A DNA stretch of 64,000 nt from Azolla caroliniana (taxonomy: Eukaryota > Plantae > Polypodiophyta): the NCBI GenBank assembly GCA_043228905.1, contig JBHGNT010000010.1, positions 11,780,001 through 11,844,000 of the forward strand. The letters run 5' to 3'. The notes beneath the pieces were generated by a model, which made no database searches, was not told the DNA's origin, and saw only the letters and a program-made list of their open reading frames with translations. Position numbers and translations under genes: made by a program. Of this stretch, positions 38,185-52,041 are shown in pieces (position 1 is the stretch's first letter; each line of letters starts with the position of its first letter).

Positions 38185-41100
38185 TGTTGAGATATCAAGC
38201 TCAACTAGTTTAATCTAGTTATTCAACACATGTAACTTAGTAATTACCTAGATCGAATCTAGTTAATGTGTTGACCTTAAGTCTTTAAATAGGACCTTGT
38301 ACTTAAGTGAGATATTCTAGATCCTCCACTCCTTAGTACATTTAATGTAGGACTTACACATAAGTACCTATGTTCTACCCACACATGTGCACCTTCGCAC
38401 ATGGGTTGTATATATACCTCATTGTGGGTATTTTTGTATGTTGATGACACTTTTCAATATAGTCAATCTCCCATTTATCTTCATGTTCATAAGTGTAACT
38501 TCCTCTCTCTCTCTCTCTCTTCCTCTCACACACTCTCACGTGCATATCATACTAATCTTCCGCTGCTTAACGTAACCATATAATTAGTCTCTAATTAACC
38601 CTAGTTAATTACCTAATTACTTAACATGGTATCAAAGCGCGTGGTTTAGGAAATCCACTAAGCCCACCGCTTATTCGTGATTGTGTGTTCGAGACACCGA
38701 CAACAAATCCCGGCTATTCGCTATCCGCTACCGTAGTGCCGCTACAAAGGACGTGTACGCGACCAAGAGAAGAAAAACAAAATGGAAGACACAACAATCA
38801 ACATGAACACACAAATGGGAAGCTCACTCCCTAGCGAAAAGCTAGACCGAAGCAACTATTCATCTTGGGAGTACAAGATGAATCAATACCTTGTCGGCCA
38901 AGGGTATTGGAGCTACATCAACGGCGCACAAGAAAACAAACCTGAAACCACACATGCCAACTACCCAACGTGGGAGCAAAGCGCGAGTCGGGTACTGTAT
39001 TGCTTGGCAACATGTGTAAACGACCACATGCTTAGCCACATTCGTGACACCAAGACGCCCAAAGAGGCGTGGGAAAATCTCAAGAAGATTTTCGCCGCAG
39101 ACACATCCGCACGCAAGCTTCAACTCCGGCAAGAGTTGAACAACATACGACAAAAAGAAATGTCCGTGACGGACTACACCGCCAAGATCAAGAGCATTTG
39201 CGACTCTCTTGGCTCCATCAACGTCAACATCAACGAGGACGAGATGGTGCAAGTATGCTTGGGCGGCCTCGCACAACGATTCAACCCGTTGAGAACGGCA
39301 ATCTTGGCGAGAGATACCCCTCCCTCGTTCTTCAACCTCCAATCAATGCTATTGGTTGAAGAAAACCACATTCAATCAAAGACCAACACATCGGAAGGAC
39401 AAATGCTCTTCTCCGATACGAATGGTGCCCATAGACGAGGTTGAAGCGAAAGAGGTCAATTCGACCTATCCCACGAAGGGAATACACAATTTCGGCAAGG
39501 AAACAGAAGCCATCGAGGAACCTTCACAAGAAGCGAGAGCTTCCACGCCGAACAAGGTCGGCGAACGATGCCACCTACGTGCAACTATTGCGGCAAAATC
39601 GGCCATCGCGAAGAGGAGTGCCGAAAAAGACGAAGCGAGTCGGCCTCAACAAGCCGGCAACTCACAAATTATGCCGCAAACGCGGAATACGCGAACTACG
39701 GCAGACTCTTCGTGATGAGGCATAGAGCGAACTCTATCATGGCCTCCGATCCCGCAAACTCCGCAAGCACCTCCAACTCCGAACACGCGTGGTTCGTAGA
39801 CTCCGGCGCCTCGCACCACATGACGCCGCACCAAGAGTGGTTTCGCGACTTGCGAACGCCGGATTGACCCGGCTACATAGAGACCCGAGATGACACTTTG
39901 CATCCCATTCGACACATCGGCGATGTCCCATTCGGGAATGAAGGTGAGCAAACCTGCATCAAGAATGTCTTGCACGTGCCCACAATAACAAAGAATTTGG
40001 TCTCGGTCGGCCAAATCGTGGAGCAAGACATGCAAGTCCGCTTCAACAATGAAGGTTGCTTCATCGAGAAAGACGGCCGACTCATAGCCAAGGGACGGAG
40101 AGACAGTCGCTTGTTCATACTCGACTCGAACGAGGTAAAATCAGCCATGTACGCCAAAGGTCTCAAGACCGAGACAAACATCAAGTTGTGGCACAAGCGA
40201 ATCGGCCACGTAAACCTCCAACGGCTTCGCGGAATGCAATCAAAGGGAGTCGTAATTGGACTTCCGGCCTTCAAATCGAAACGAGTCGACCGAGTGTGCG
40301 AAGCATGCCAACTCGGCAAACAACATCGACTCCCATTCCCAAAGGAGAGCTCCGCAAGCAAAGGCCTCCTTGACATAATCCACTCGGACATATGGGGACT
40401 GGCTCAAACGCCGACGCTCGGCGGATGCCGCTACTACGTCACCTTCATCGACGACCACTCGCGCTACGTGTGGATATACCCAATGAAAAAGAAGAGCGAA
40501 GTGCTCTCCCACTTTCAAAGGCTCAAAAGCCAAGTGGAGAAAGAAACCGGTCGGCACATTCGATGCCTACGATCGGACGGGGGACAGGAGTACTTCTCTG
40601 ACGAGTTCACCTCATACCTCCAAGGTGAAGGCATTCGTAGAGAATTCTCATGCCGACACACTCCCCAACAAAACGGAGTAGCCGAGAGAAAGAATCGGCA
40701 AATACTCAAGGTAGCACGCGCCATGATGTGTGAGAAGCACATACCGAACTTCTATTGGGCGGAAGCGGCATCCACAGCTGTCTATCTCATGAATCGATGC
40801 ACCACAAATAGTGTGCATGAGCTTACTCCATACGAGATCTTCGTTGGAAGAAAGCCCATTCTCTCGCGCCTCAAGGTGTTCAGAAGCATGCTAATGTACG
40901 CATCCCGAACGAAAGTCGGGAGAAGCCTGACGCGAAGTCAGAAGAATGTATCCTCATAGGATACTTGTCCGCGAAAAAGGCGAACAAGTGCTTCAACCCT
41001 TCGACCCGAGCGGTGCGGATAAGTCGCGACGTCGTTTTCGACGAATCGGCATCTTGGTATAAGCCCGATGCGACTCCATCCGACCCGATCGAGGAAGAGT

Positions 41101-41670
41101 TGAACGCCAACTCGGACGACGAAACTCGGCCAAGTCCTCCACCGAAGGACAATCCAAGCTCTACCGAGCTAATTGGCCCACAAGAGCCTCCACGCAATGA
41201 AAACACGTCGCGGCCAAGTCCGACATCGGACAAAGGCAAAGGTAAGATGCCCGAATACGAAGTTGAGGTCCACCCCGACGACCGTGATTCGGATGATTTG
41301 GCTCGCTCACTAGACAGTGAGTTCGGTGTACCCATCATGAGGACACCCGGAGTAAAGAAGGCCCTCACATCGACAAACGAGAAACTCCGCCGCTCATCAC
41401 GAGCGAAGACCCAAGTCACTCGTTACGCCTACAACGAGTATATGGCCCATCACTATGCCCTCGCGATGAAGGTAGTGTCCGAACAAGAGCCCAAGGATCC
41501 AAGCCTTCATCACAAGCTTGAGGGGGAGAATAAGCCGCGGAGATCCGCGCAACAAAGCCGCGAAGAGCCGAGCAACGAAGCCGCGGAAAGCCACGCAACG
41601 AAGCCGCGAAGAGCCACGCAACGAGGCCACGAAGACGCGAAGAAAGTCATGCAACGCCGCGAAGAAAGAC
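38185..41670 (+). mobile_element. Copia family B copy 3: 5' LTR 38185-38626, PBS, gag-protease-integrase; RT/RNase H deleted and 3' end truncated
   Basis: Same LTR family as 23148-23580. TGGTATCAAAGC at 38627. gag starts at 38782, knuckle CNYCGKIGHREEEC, integrase ORF 39898-40959. The sequence jumps from EQEP(KDP) to the PPT-like CTTGAGGGGGAG at ~41517. Confidence 0.9.
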
Positions 41671-41674
41671 CTTA

Positions 41675-44012
41675 TTATAGTGGGTTGTGCATATGGTCCA
41701 AAGTGCCCAAAATCGTGTCCATTGGAGAAAATAGGCATTGTCGGATAGGGCGCATGGAATTTCTCCAAATATCCAAAAGTGTTTACCAAACCTTCGGCTA
41801 GGAAATGTGTGATAAAGAGATGACTTAGTCTTTGTACAAATGTTGTAGTGAATGAACAAGTTCATAATAATTGTGCGACTGTTTCCAATCGTCCACCACA
41901 TCTTGCACAATGCGGTGAGGCTATCGATCTCTTTTGAAGATTCGAGCCAGTCAGGAGCACACCCATAAGCATCTCCATAGGAATACCCGTTGCTTAAGTG
42001 GAAGACCAGAGCTTCATAAGCTTACAAGCATGTTATTCCACCAAGACTACATTTTGTGTAGGTTCCATAATGCATTTACAGGTTCGTCAAACCATGGGAC
42101 ATGTTGCAACAACATATACACTAAATGTGTTGTAATGTTATGCATTGGAATAACAATGTTCCCTTTTTGTAACATCCAATCCTGAATCCTACGATCTCCA
42201 TTGAGGGGTGGCACAGGTACTAATGAAAGCACCAACTCAATGACTTGATTCCATATAACGAGATGATGTGGCCCAAGATTATAACGACATGTCATGTCAT
42301 TGAAGTGCAATAAGTGACCTTGGTCATTTACCACATCTTCAATTGATTTCAGCCCCTTCTTTGCTAAAAAATAAGCTTTCCTAGGCTCTTGTTTAGTTAA
42401 TGACTGTGGGAATATAGCACTCCAGTGTAAGCTTTCGAGGCGTAAAGAGTTCCCTGATTTTGAATTCCTACCTCTCCATTTTATATGGTGCAATACATCC
42501 TTCCAGTGCTTTAGAAGCTTTGAGCTAAACGGACAACCTTTGATGTGCCCGTCAAGCTTTCCAAACACTACATCCCAATTATTAGTTTCCCATGAACCAA
42601 ATGACTTAGTTTTCAAACATATCAGATAGCATTCTTTCCCAAGGCAATGTTTTTTCAGCAAATTTCGGCAATAAAGTAGCTTTTCTAGCCAACATATGGA
42701 AATGCAAATTAAGAAAATTTAGCCCTCCACTCAATCATGGAGTGCATATCTTCTCTAGTGATAAAAGTCGTATACCTCTATGCGACTTCTTAGAGCACCA
42801 AAAGTTGCATATGATTTCTGAGTTAATCTTTTGTATCATGTGTTTTGGCCAATCAATCATAATTAAGTAATAATGCATATAAGCCATGAATATTGATTGC
42901 ACTATCCTCAATCTGACATGGCGTGGGCATGTTGCAATCTTCCAATAGGTTAGCTTTTGTCTCACTTTTCGCAAAACCCATTCAGCCTTTCTTTTCCCTA
43001 TTGCATTCCATCCCAATGGATAGCCAAGATGTCTAACCATTTCATTTGGGCTAACAGCCTGACCTGGCCACAGAAGTTGATGCCAACTATATGGTGTCAA
43101 GGGTAGAAGTTTGGACTTGTTGAAGTTAACATGCAATCCAGCAACCAATCCATACAATTTGAGGGCATCCATAATCACCCTCATATCATTTGGATTGTTT
43201 TGTGTTCGGAATGATGTATCATATGCATATGCTTGAGCCACAAAATCATGTTCTTCTTTCATTTGCAAACCATGAAGTTGACCAATTGATACTAGATGAT
43301 CCATGTACAATAGTTGTGGATGAGTTGCGATTGCATACAACAATGCACTTACAGGACAACCTTGTCATACTGATTTGGCTAACCTCCATGAATCTGTCAA
43401 TTCACCCTCAATAATGCATGAAGATGTGCTAGACCCATAAAGCCAATAGATTACTTGAGACATTTTCGGACCAAATCCTAGTTTGACCATTGTGGTTGCC
43501 ACAAAATCCCATTGGATGGTGTCAAAGGTCTTTTCAATGTCAATTTGCATGAGCAATACATCTTGTTTGGTGTATTCCAATATAAGCATTAGCAATATTA
43601 TCTGTAATTTGCCTTCGAGGAATGAACCCGTACTGGTTTACGTGTATGCATCCCAACAAAGTGTCCTTAATACGATTAGCAATTATCTGTTCAATAAGTT
43701 TGTAGATCACTGGCATGAGAGTGATTGGTCGCCAATCCAAAAAAGATTCACACAGTTTCTTTTTGGGTATTAATTTGACCAAACCTTCTTTCCATGAGAT
43801 CAACATATCCCATTGTTGCCAAGCATTATTTGTCATAGATAAGATTAAATCCTTAAGAACATCCCAAAATTTTGTAATGAACTCTAACATAATACCATCC
43901 CAACCAGGCGCTTTGCCTTTCCCGAGGCCCTTTCGAGCCGCCAAGAGCTTCTCCATTGTGAATGTTGCATCCAAAGCAATAACTTTATCAACACAAATAG
44001 TGGGTTGAAACA
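41675..44012 (-). mobile_element. L1-clade LINE ORF2 fragment (RT plus C-terminal zinc-binding region), degenerate
   Basis: GKAPGWDG, WRPITLM, QYGFI, IDIEKTFD, QAYAYDT (YADD-like) and HLGYPLG. Confidence 0.85.
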
Positions 44013-46585
44013 CCATGCACCAAATGTATCGATATTGATGATGTCAATAAGGAAATAAAGAAGATGGCGAGTGGAAAAGCAACATACATAACCCATGTCT
44101 CAAGTGAGCTTTTAAAATGGACAAGACCACATACTCGTCATTTGATACTGACAATTATAGAGCAAGCTATAAAACAAGGCTTTCCAAATGATTGGCTTAT
44201 GAATTGGATTAAACCAATATTTAAAGCCGGAGATAAGAATCAAGTATCAAATTATAGTACTTACAATAATGGTGAGTTCAACTATTGCTAAATTATATAG
44301 CACTATTATGGAGCAAAAGCACATGGGCTAAAAGTATAAGCAAAAGAGCACTTGGGCAAGCAGGATTTAGACCAAAACACTCCACTGTGGATCTTTTGGT
44401 CACATTGAGAGTAATCATGGAAGAGAGTTGACTATAAGGAAAAACACTTTATTGTTGTTTTGTTGATTTCAAGAAAGTTTTTGATACCATACCATGAAGT
44501 GAGCTTTGGAATAGAATGGTAGAGACTAGCATGCCATTAGAGTACCGAGTGTTGTTGCACGCCTATATGAACAAGTTAAATGTCAACTAAAAATGGATAA
44601 TGGATTCTAAAAGTACTTTTTAAGTCATATGGGGGTCAAGCAAGGATGTCCACTATCACCCACACCCTTTGCATTATGTATTGATAAATTAGAAGAAGTG
44701 GCGAATAAGGTTGCAAGATAAGAAGGGTGAATGACATCAAATTGATGCAACATGTTAGCTTATTGCATCTATATGCAAATGATGTGGTACTCTTCTCATA
44801 TGATGTTGATAGTAGAGATCGGCAACGGCAGTCGTTTACTTGATTTAAGAATTAGGGTTTAGAAAGTTAGAAATTAGACACTTCGAAGCCATAGGCAGAG
44901 AGACAGAGAGACAGGAAGCCATAGGCAACAGACTATTGAGTGACGAGACAAGGAGGGACAGAGAGGGAGAGGGAGCTTGACAGGGGATTCGTGGACGTCA
45001 GCCGACAAATCATAGTAGTCTACGAAGAGGGAATCGTGGAGGTGGGACTTGGAACTGTTGAATTTGGACTCATCGATGGTTAGACCGAGGGGGTGGGAGT
45101 TATGAGGAGAAGAAGAGTAGGAGGAAGTGGTAGTGGTGTTTTTTGGGTTTCTTCATCTTTTTTGTCCCAAACTAGTTCCTAAACTGGTTTAGGGATCGGT
45201 TCAAGTTTGAGAACCCCAAAATGGTTTGGGTTTAACCGGTTTGGTTTGGATAAGGCCAACCTAGTTAACCTTAAACTTAACCGTTGTCGATTCCTAGTTG
45301 ATAGTATGCAACATTTACTTGGGGTATTAGAAGAATTTTACCATAGTAGTGGACTAGCAGTGAATGTGGAGAAAACAAAAATGGTGGCAGTGCAAACCAA
45401 CCAACCTCATCATTAGCCCATGCTATCATATAGAGATGAACATATACAATTTGTTTAAATCTTTAAATATCTTGGAATTGATGCACCTGCCACAAATAAA
45501 TGTAGTGCGTGCTTTGATTCTAGGCTTCAAGCCAGTTGGAAATCATACTACCTTTGGGAGAACCAATGCAACCAAAGTGATACTTGTGGATGGGAAGTAA
45601 AACTAATGTTGTTCAATGCCAAGGTAACTCAAGTATTTCTTTATGGAGTACAAGTATGGGGTGGCACCATCTCTCTTAATGCATGGAATGAGATTGAGAA
45701 AATTCAAAAGATGTTCTTAAGGAGGCAATTAGGATTTAAATGCACTACCTCTTACCAGGTTATGCTCTTGGAAACACGTGTTCAGCCCATAAAAATATTG
45801 GCACTCCAAAGAGTATATAGATATATTACAAAGGTCAAGAATATGCCGAATCATCGATTACCACATCTTGCTTGGAATGTTGGATGTAAGCTACAAAAGA
45901 ATCATAAGAGTAAAATTCTCTCATCCGGTTGGGTTGTCGACATAAGAAAATGGTTTTGAAGATGGGGTGTGGATGATCTTTTAGAGCTTTCGGGTGATAC
46001 TATGCAATATGTAATGATTGAGGAAAGGTTGGTGGAATCATTAAGGATGAAGTGGAAATATGCTAAGAGGACAAAGCTAGAATACTAAATTGCAGATGTC
46101 AACCCTGAATGTTTGTCTCAATATAAAGCAAGAATGCCTATTGATTGTATCCAACCTTGCATCATTACCAATATGAGTAGTAATGCTCGTAGAGCCCTTA
46201 CACTACTTCGCACTCAATCTCACAAGTTAGGTATTGAAGTTGCATCACGGCATTAAAATGTAACAAATTTAAAGCCATGTAAAGTATGCAATGAAGGCAT
46301 AGTATAGGATGAATGTCACTTGCTCTTCACATGCTCGGCATATAGTGCAATTCGTCCAAGATATGCTAACATACTAAGAGGGAGTGATAACTTAAGTGCC
46401 ATACTTAAGACACCACCTAGAAGGTTGAGCTCATATGTGTGTGCTATTCAAGCGTAGAGACTTTTTACTTCAATGTATGAATACCCCTTTTTAAGAAGGA
46501 GACACATATCAAGAACACATGTATACTCTAGTCCCATAGGTCAAAATTGGCCTCTTTAATTGACGATAAAAATTCTAATTCTACT
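44013..46585 (+). mobile_element. RTE/RTEX-like LINE, 5'-truncated and degenerate, interrupted by a hAT MITE
   Basis: IKPIFKAGDK, QAGFRP, CFVDFKKVFD, GVKQGCPLSP, LYANDV, FKYLG, and C-terminal SHKLGIE...CKVC...DECHLLFTC. Confidence 0.8.
44813..45296. mobile_element. hAT-type MITE (484 bp)
   Basis: 8-bp TSD GTTGATAG (44805-44812 and 45297-45304). Imperfect 16-bp TIRs TAGAGATCGGCAACGG / CCGTTGTCGATTCCTA. Subterminal GGTT/AACC repeats. Confidence 0.9.
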
Positions 46586-46620
46586 TCATGTCATAGAACT
46601 TCATCATTAATTTGTCACAT

Positions 46621-47372
46621 CAACAAAGATTTTGGTCCATTTCATATAATGTTCTGAATGTACATTTCCAATGACAATAGTCTTGCACAAGGTTTTGGTA
46701 CAATTTCACCTACTAATGTTCCAATCTTACTAATCAATTAACAGTTTGCGTTGTCTCATAAGAGGACATTCGATCTGTCAAATATTACACCATCCAGTTT
46801 GCGTTGTCTCATAGAGAACATTTCAACAAGATTTTGGTCCATTTCATATAATGTTCTGAATGTAAATTTCCAATGACAATAGTCTTGCACAAGGTTTTGG
46901 TACAAATTCACCTATTAATGTTCCAATCTTACTAATCAATTAACAGTTTGTGTTGTCTCATAAGAGGACATTCAATCTGTCAAATATTACACCATCCAGT
47001 TTGCAATTTGCATACTCCATCTGATCTATTGACATAAAGACTACATTTAATATATGATTAAACCACCACTGAAAATAACATTCACGGCTTCATAACAATA
47101 ACATGAGAGCATGTATGTCTCTGCCTCCAAGACATGGGGGATGTTACCTATGATGGTCATGTTTTGGTTTGTCTCATAACAGCATGTTTTGCCTTTCCAA
47201 TATAAGACCATTCAGTTTGCAATGTTGCATACATCTGATCTATTGGGACATATAAAGACAAGATTTAATATATAATTAAAACCATCATTGAAAATAATAT
47301 ATACATTGTCATAACAATAGCATGAGAGAATGCCCGTCTCAAAGACATGTGGGGTGTTACCTATGATGGTCC
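46621..47372. repeat. Two adjacent ~200-bp tandem duplications downstream of MO25
   Basis: 46621-46802 is near-identical to 46824-47004. ~46996-47158 matches ~47213-47371 with more divergence. Confidence 0.85.
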
Positions 47373-47762
47373 CACTGGATAGTCATGCAACGTAAGAAAC
47401 ATTATCCATTATTACTACCACAATAGATTCAACTCATTAGGTATTTACTCATTAAGCTACAAAATAGTTTTTGGAGTCCGAAATAGTTCAATCTTTCACG
47501 ATTGTGCGATGTATCCACATGCCTTCCCGAATTTTAAAAACATGTGATATGTACTCTCTTTGTTTTGGTTATTTATGAAACAAGGCATATATCACCATCG
47601 CATACAATATGGTCAGACATAAAAAATTGATACACATTATGTGGAGTATGGTATCCTAATCATTTCGGATCCAGCAACATGCAATTAAGAGAGTACACAA
47701 GTCCGATTCACTATGGAACAAAAACAGCAGAAACAAAGAGGCTCTATGAGGATGCACACTGG

Positions 47763-50700
47763 CTATGATGACTTTTTCGGCTCAAGTTCCGAGATCTCCT
47801 TTAGAACCTGAGCTTTATCTTGATCGAATTGTTCATCCTCTGGGAGCAACAGAAGATGTTGGCACATAATAAGCCCCAGGAGGCAAGACTAAGAAGCGGC
47901 CACAAAAATGAAAAAACTGTTAAACACAGCAACACCAATCCATACCTTTGTCAGATTTGAATTCACTGAAGAAACGGAGCAGCTTACTCCGATTCGCAAG
48001 CAAAATTGTTACGATATCCGGTGGCTTGTTAGCATTTGCCACAAATATCTTGCGAGAAAAACCAAACAAAAAACGCTCAAAAAATGTACGCTCAAAATCT
48101 GTATGTAGATACTTTTTGTTATTTACCTTGAAAACATGGAAGGCTTCCACCTGAATATTCTTGCTGGATTCCTGTGAGAGAACAAAAGAAAGAAGGCATT
48201 TATGGCAGGCATATACTTTCGGTCCAAATTGTTTTGAGTAAACAATAATCATAAAAAGATAAAGAAACTGAAGTTTGAGAGCAGTATACCAACTTTAAGA
48301 AGATCCATCAAGACTTTCAGATTGTCTTTGGAGCTCACATATCGCATCATCACACTTGAATTTGACCGATCGAGCAGCATATCCCCTAATAACTGTCAAC
48401 AAAAGAATGAAATGAGAAAACAAACACTAAGAACAAATTTCACTCTTTAGAGACTTAATTTTCTTATATTTTGCTTTTTACTTTTTTTCTGTAAGACTGC
48501 CACAAATTTGCTAAAAGACAAATGTTCTGCTTATACACTCACTTTAACAGCCTGGCGCCTCGTGATATAATTTGGTGACTTCAGTAGCTTACTGTTATAC
48601 TCCCCAAAGAACTGTCCACAAGTTTGTTTTATGTTTTAGGCAAATGAAATAACATCTTAAAATTTCAAGGAAAATCCGAAAAACCACAATTCTTTGAAAG
48701 TTAAAGAACTACTTTCTGAATGTTCGTACATTTACACATTGATTCAACATAAAAATGAAATTTTCAAAGCACTACTTTCCAATATGCGTATTCACATTGG
48801 TTAAACATATCAATATACATAGAGACATGAGGCACTTACTGCATACACGCATGTACACATCCACCAAAATGCATACAGCATACACATAGACATGCCTAGA
48901 ACATATAGATATACATAGAGACATGAAATAAATACAATATACACACACATGCACACATATCCACAGATGTGCATACAGCATACACCTATACACTCATAGA
49001 TTGACATATTCGCATTCGTGGGGTTTCCCATTCGAATGCAAACGAATACGAATATGAATGCATGGTCAAGTATTCGTTTAACAAAAAGAAAAGAAAAGAA
49101 GAGTCCATGAACTCCCTCTTTAGTTTCCTAGGATATAAAAAAAGGGAACAATAAAAGAGGGACTTGACACTAATAAATTTTTATAGTAAATGTAAAAGTA
49201 TTCGTTTTATTTTTAATGAATAAATTAATTAAATTAAATTAAGGTTCATTAATTCCTCACTTTTTCTTCTCCCAAAATTTATGGATATTTTTATCTCCCA
49301 AAATTTATTTCATATTTCTATAATAAATATAAAAATATTCGTTTTTTTTAATTAATTAAAATAAAGGTTCATAAACTCTCCCCTTTTTTATTTGACACTA
49401 GTGATAAAGGAGAGTTAATACTAATCATATTTTTATAATCTATTAATGAATAATTTTTCTTTTTTTAGTGAATTAAATTTATTTATTTTTAAAATAATTA
49501 ATTAATTAATTTTTTGTATATTTATTTTGCAAAACGAATGGTTTTATAATATTCTTAGGGCCATTCCATATTCTTGAATATTGTGAATATCATGCATGGA
49601 GAATATCACGCATGTGTCAATCTATGTATACACCTACACACACGCATGCACCATGGATACACATACACCATACATGCATACAAATATGAAGACAACTACT
49701 CTAAGCACTTACCCAGTCATAGTTTTTCGTTAAAAACTCCAATACAGTTGACTTGTGCCTTGTCAGAAGCTCCTGAAACAGATTATCCAGTCAAAATAAG
49801 AAAAATAAAACCCATACATTTAAGATCTGCCATACATTTAAGGAAATTATTCTTGATAAGATAAATGTATGGCAGATCTTAAACGACGTTGCATTTGCAG
49901 CTAAGCTATACAAATTACTATTCTATCATCTACAAATTAAATACAATTTCTTGATGCCACTGACCTTAAATGTGGCAGCTGCATCAGATTGAACATCAAA
50001 ATTAGGTATCTCCAAGTAATTGAAAAACTTCCTCACATTTCCAGACTCCAAGACATATCTGTGAATGGATTAAAGAGAGACATGTGGATACCATAATAGA
50101 TTATAGACAAAGAGAAGGCAGAGTCAATCAAGAATTAAACGTCATGTAAATCATCACGATGCAAGCAAAATATTATAGCGATTCACACAATATATATTCC
50201 CAAACTGCACTATAGCACACTTTAGTTGAAATAACCACAGAATATAGCTTTCACTTACAAACAAACTCACTTTGCTGCAGTTTGATGTCTTATGCACTCT
50301 CGAAGCATTGTGCCATAGTGAAGTGCCATATCGGTATTCTCGTAACTGAATTATGTGCATACAAAACAACAATGAGTTGACGTGTGATACATGAACTTTC
50401 TTGTTCTGGATTGTGGACTGTTGTGAAAACAGCAACTAATAAATAAGGCTTAATGAATAAACAACATGAAAATAAAAAGACAACAGACACAATGTAATAG
50501 AAACAGTGAAGGTAAATACTCTAATCAAGTTAAATCTTATCTATGAACCTTCATTTAGCGATAATGAAGCGTAGAATGAACCATGATAATTGCACTCAGA
50601 CAAGCAATGATGGCAAGTATATCCATACCCATCCACAAGTATATCCAGAAGATCTTTATTGGACTCCAAATAATCACTCGCAATCAATCGAGAATTCACT

Positions 50701-51570
50701 TGTTGGCGTTGGAGATTCGCAATGACTTGGGTAGCATCCTTCCTTGTCTGCCAGAAAGGAAAACAAAACATAAGCACCAATTCTATTCACATGATCTTAT
50801 CAATAGTGCTATCCATTCAGTTTATATATTTGCCTCTAGCTCTAGCTTTGGGAGCAATAGAATAAGAATCCTCATGATGTTCTCTCGGAAGAACTCCTGG
50901 GTCATTTGTGCACAAGCTTCAGGTACAGGTTCACTTTCGGAGTTCCCATAGAGAATCACCTTCATCTCCCTTATGTTTTTTCCTAATTCCACCATCTAGA
51001 ATCCAAAAGAAAAAAAAAACATGGATTAGTACGAAACAATACATAGGAATTTACGTATGCCCTCATGGGATGATTGCTTGGTCAATTCTCTTTAATGTGT
51101 GGTCTAGGTGAATGTCTAATAAGAACCCATAACTGAATCAACTCTAGTAAGAATTTCGTTAGTGTTCACTTTGTTCTTCGAACATGTGTTTAATCCTTCC
51201 CATTACTGCATCAACTCTTCAAACATGGGGGTAATTTTCTCCAATAAGACAGACCCCACACTATTGAATCAATTCTTCAAACATATGTGCATACTACACC
51301 ATAGACACTCATATATGGATACAACCATACGCGCGCGCACCTATATGCATACCATATATGAACGCACACGCATATAGCATACGTACATACATATACAACA
51401 TACATACGTATAAACAGGCAATTCTTAAGTAGCATCAAAGGAAAGAGTACCTTCTCTTCTCTCTTAGTCTCACGGGAGACCGGAAAGGTATCCACATATG
51501 CCAAAAGCTCTCTGGTGGCTCTCACGAGCTCTGCGGGAGTTCGAGGTTTCGACTTGAAGATCCCCTTCAT
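47763..51570 (-). CDS. MO25: MO25 / calcium-binding protein 39 family scaffold protein, 340 aa, 11 coding exons
   Basis: Exons: 51570-51451, 50995-50834, 50747-50629, 50345-50271, 50058-49965, 49772-49713, 48611-48543, 48392-48294, 48171-48127, 48048-47946, 47839-47763 (1023 nt, phases consistent). Hallmark motifs [58 protein letters not shown] and [15 protein letters not shown]. Confidence 0.96.
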
Positions 51571-51572
51571 CG

Positions 51573-51977
51573 TTTTTTCTTTCTCTTTCTCTTTCTCTTT
51601 CTCTTGCTCTTTCTTTAACACGAGGTGGACAAAAAAACAAAGAATTCTACACAGCAACACTCATTGGGAAGATCTCGCTATTTCTTTGTTTCTTCAGACA
51701 CAGGAATTCGGGTTTCTATGCTCGTTCTGCCCTCTTCCAAATCTAAAACAATCTTTAAAGACAAGGAAAATGGGAAATACTAGAGAAAACACTGCTGAGA
51801 GCAGACGCCAGTTCAACAGGTCGCCATGCCTACACCTCTTCTCTTCATCATTTAACCTAATGCAGGGAATATCACTGTTTGTTTCTCTCTCTCTCTCTCT
51901 CTTCTCTTCTCTTCTCTTCTCTTCTTTTTCTTTTCTTTTTCTTTTCTTTTTTTTTTTATGTGATCGATCTCTCTCTT

Positions 51978-52041
<64 letters not shown>

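Noticed and set aside
50397-50417. 21-nt in-frame alternative micro-exon in MO25 intron 3 (CAG|TCC...AAA|GTT)
   Set aside because: The donor is weak, and the conserved protein reads DG-YEN without it. It cannot be supported without RNA data.
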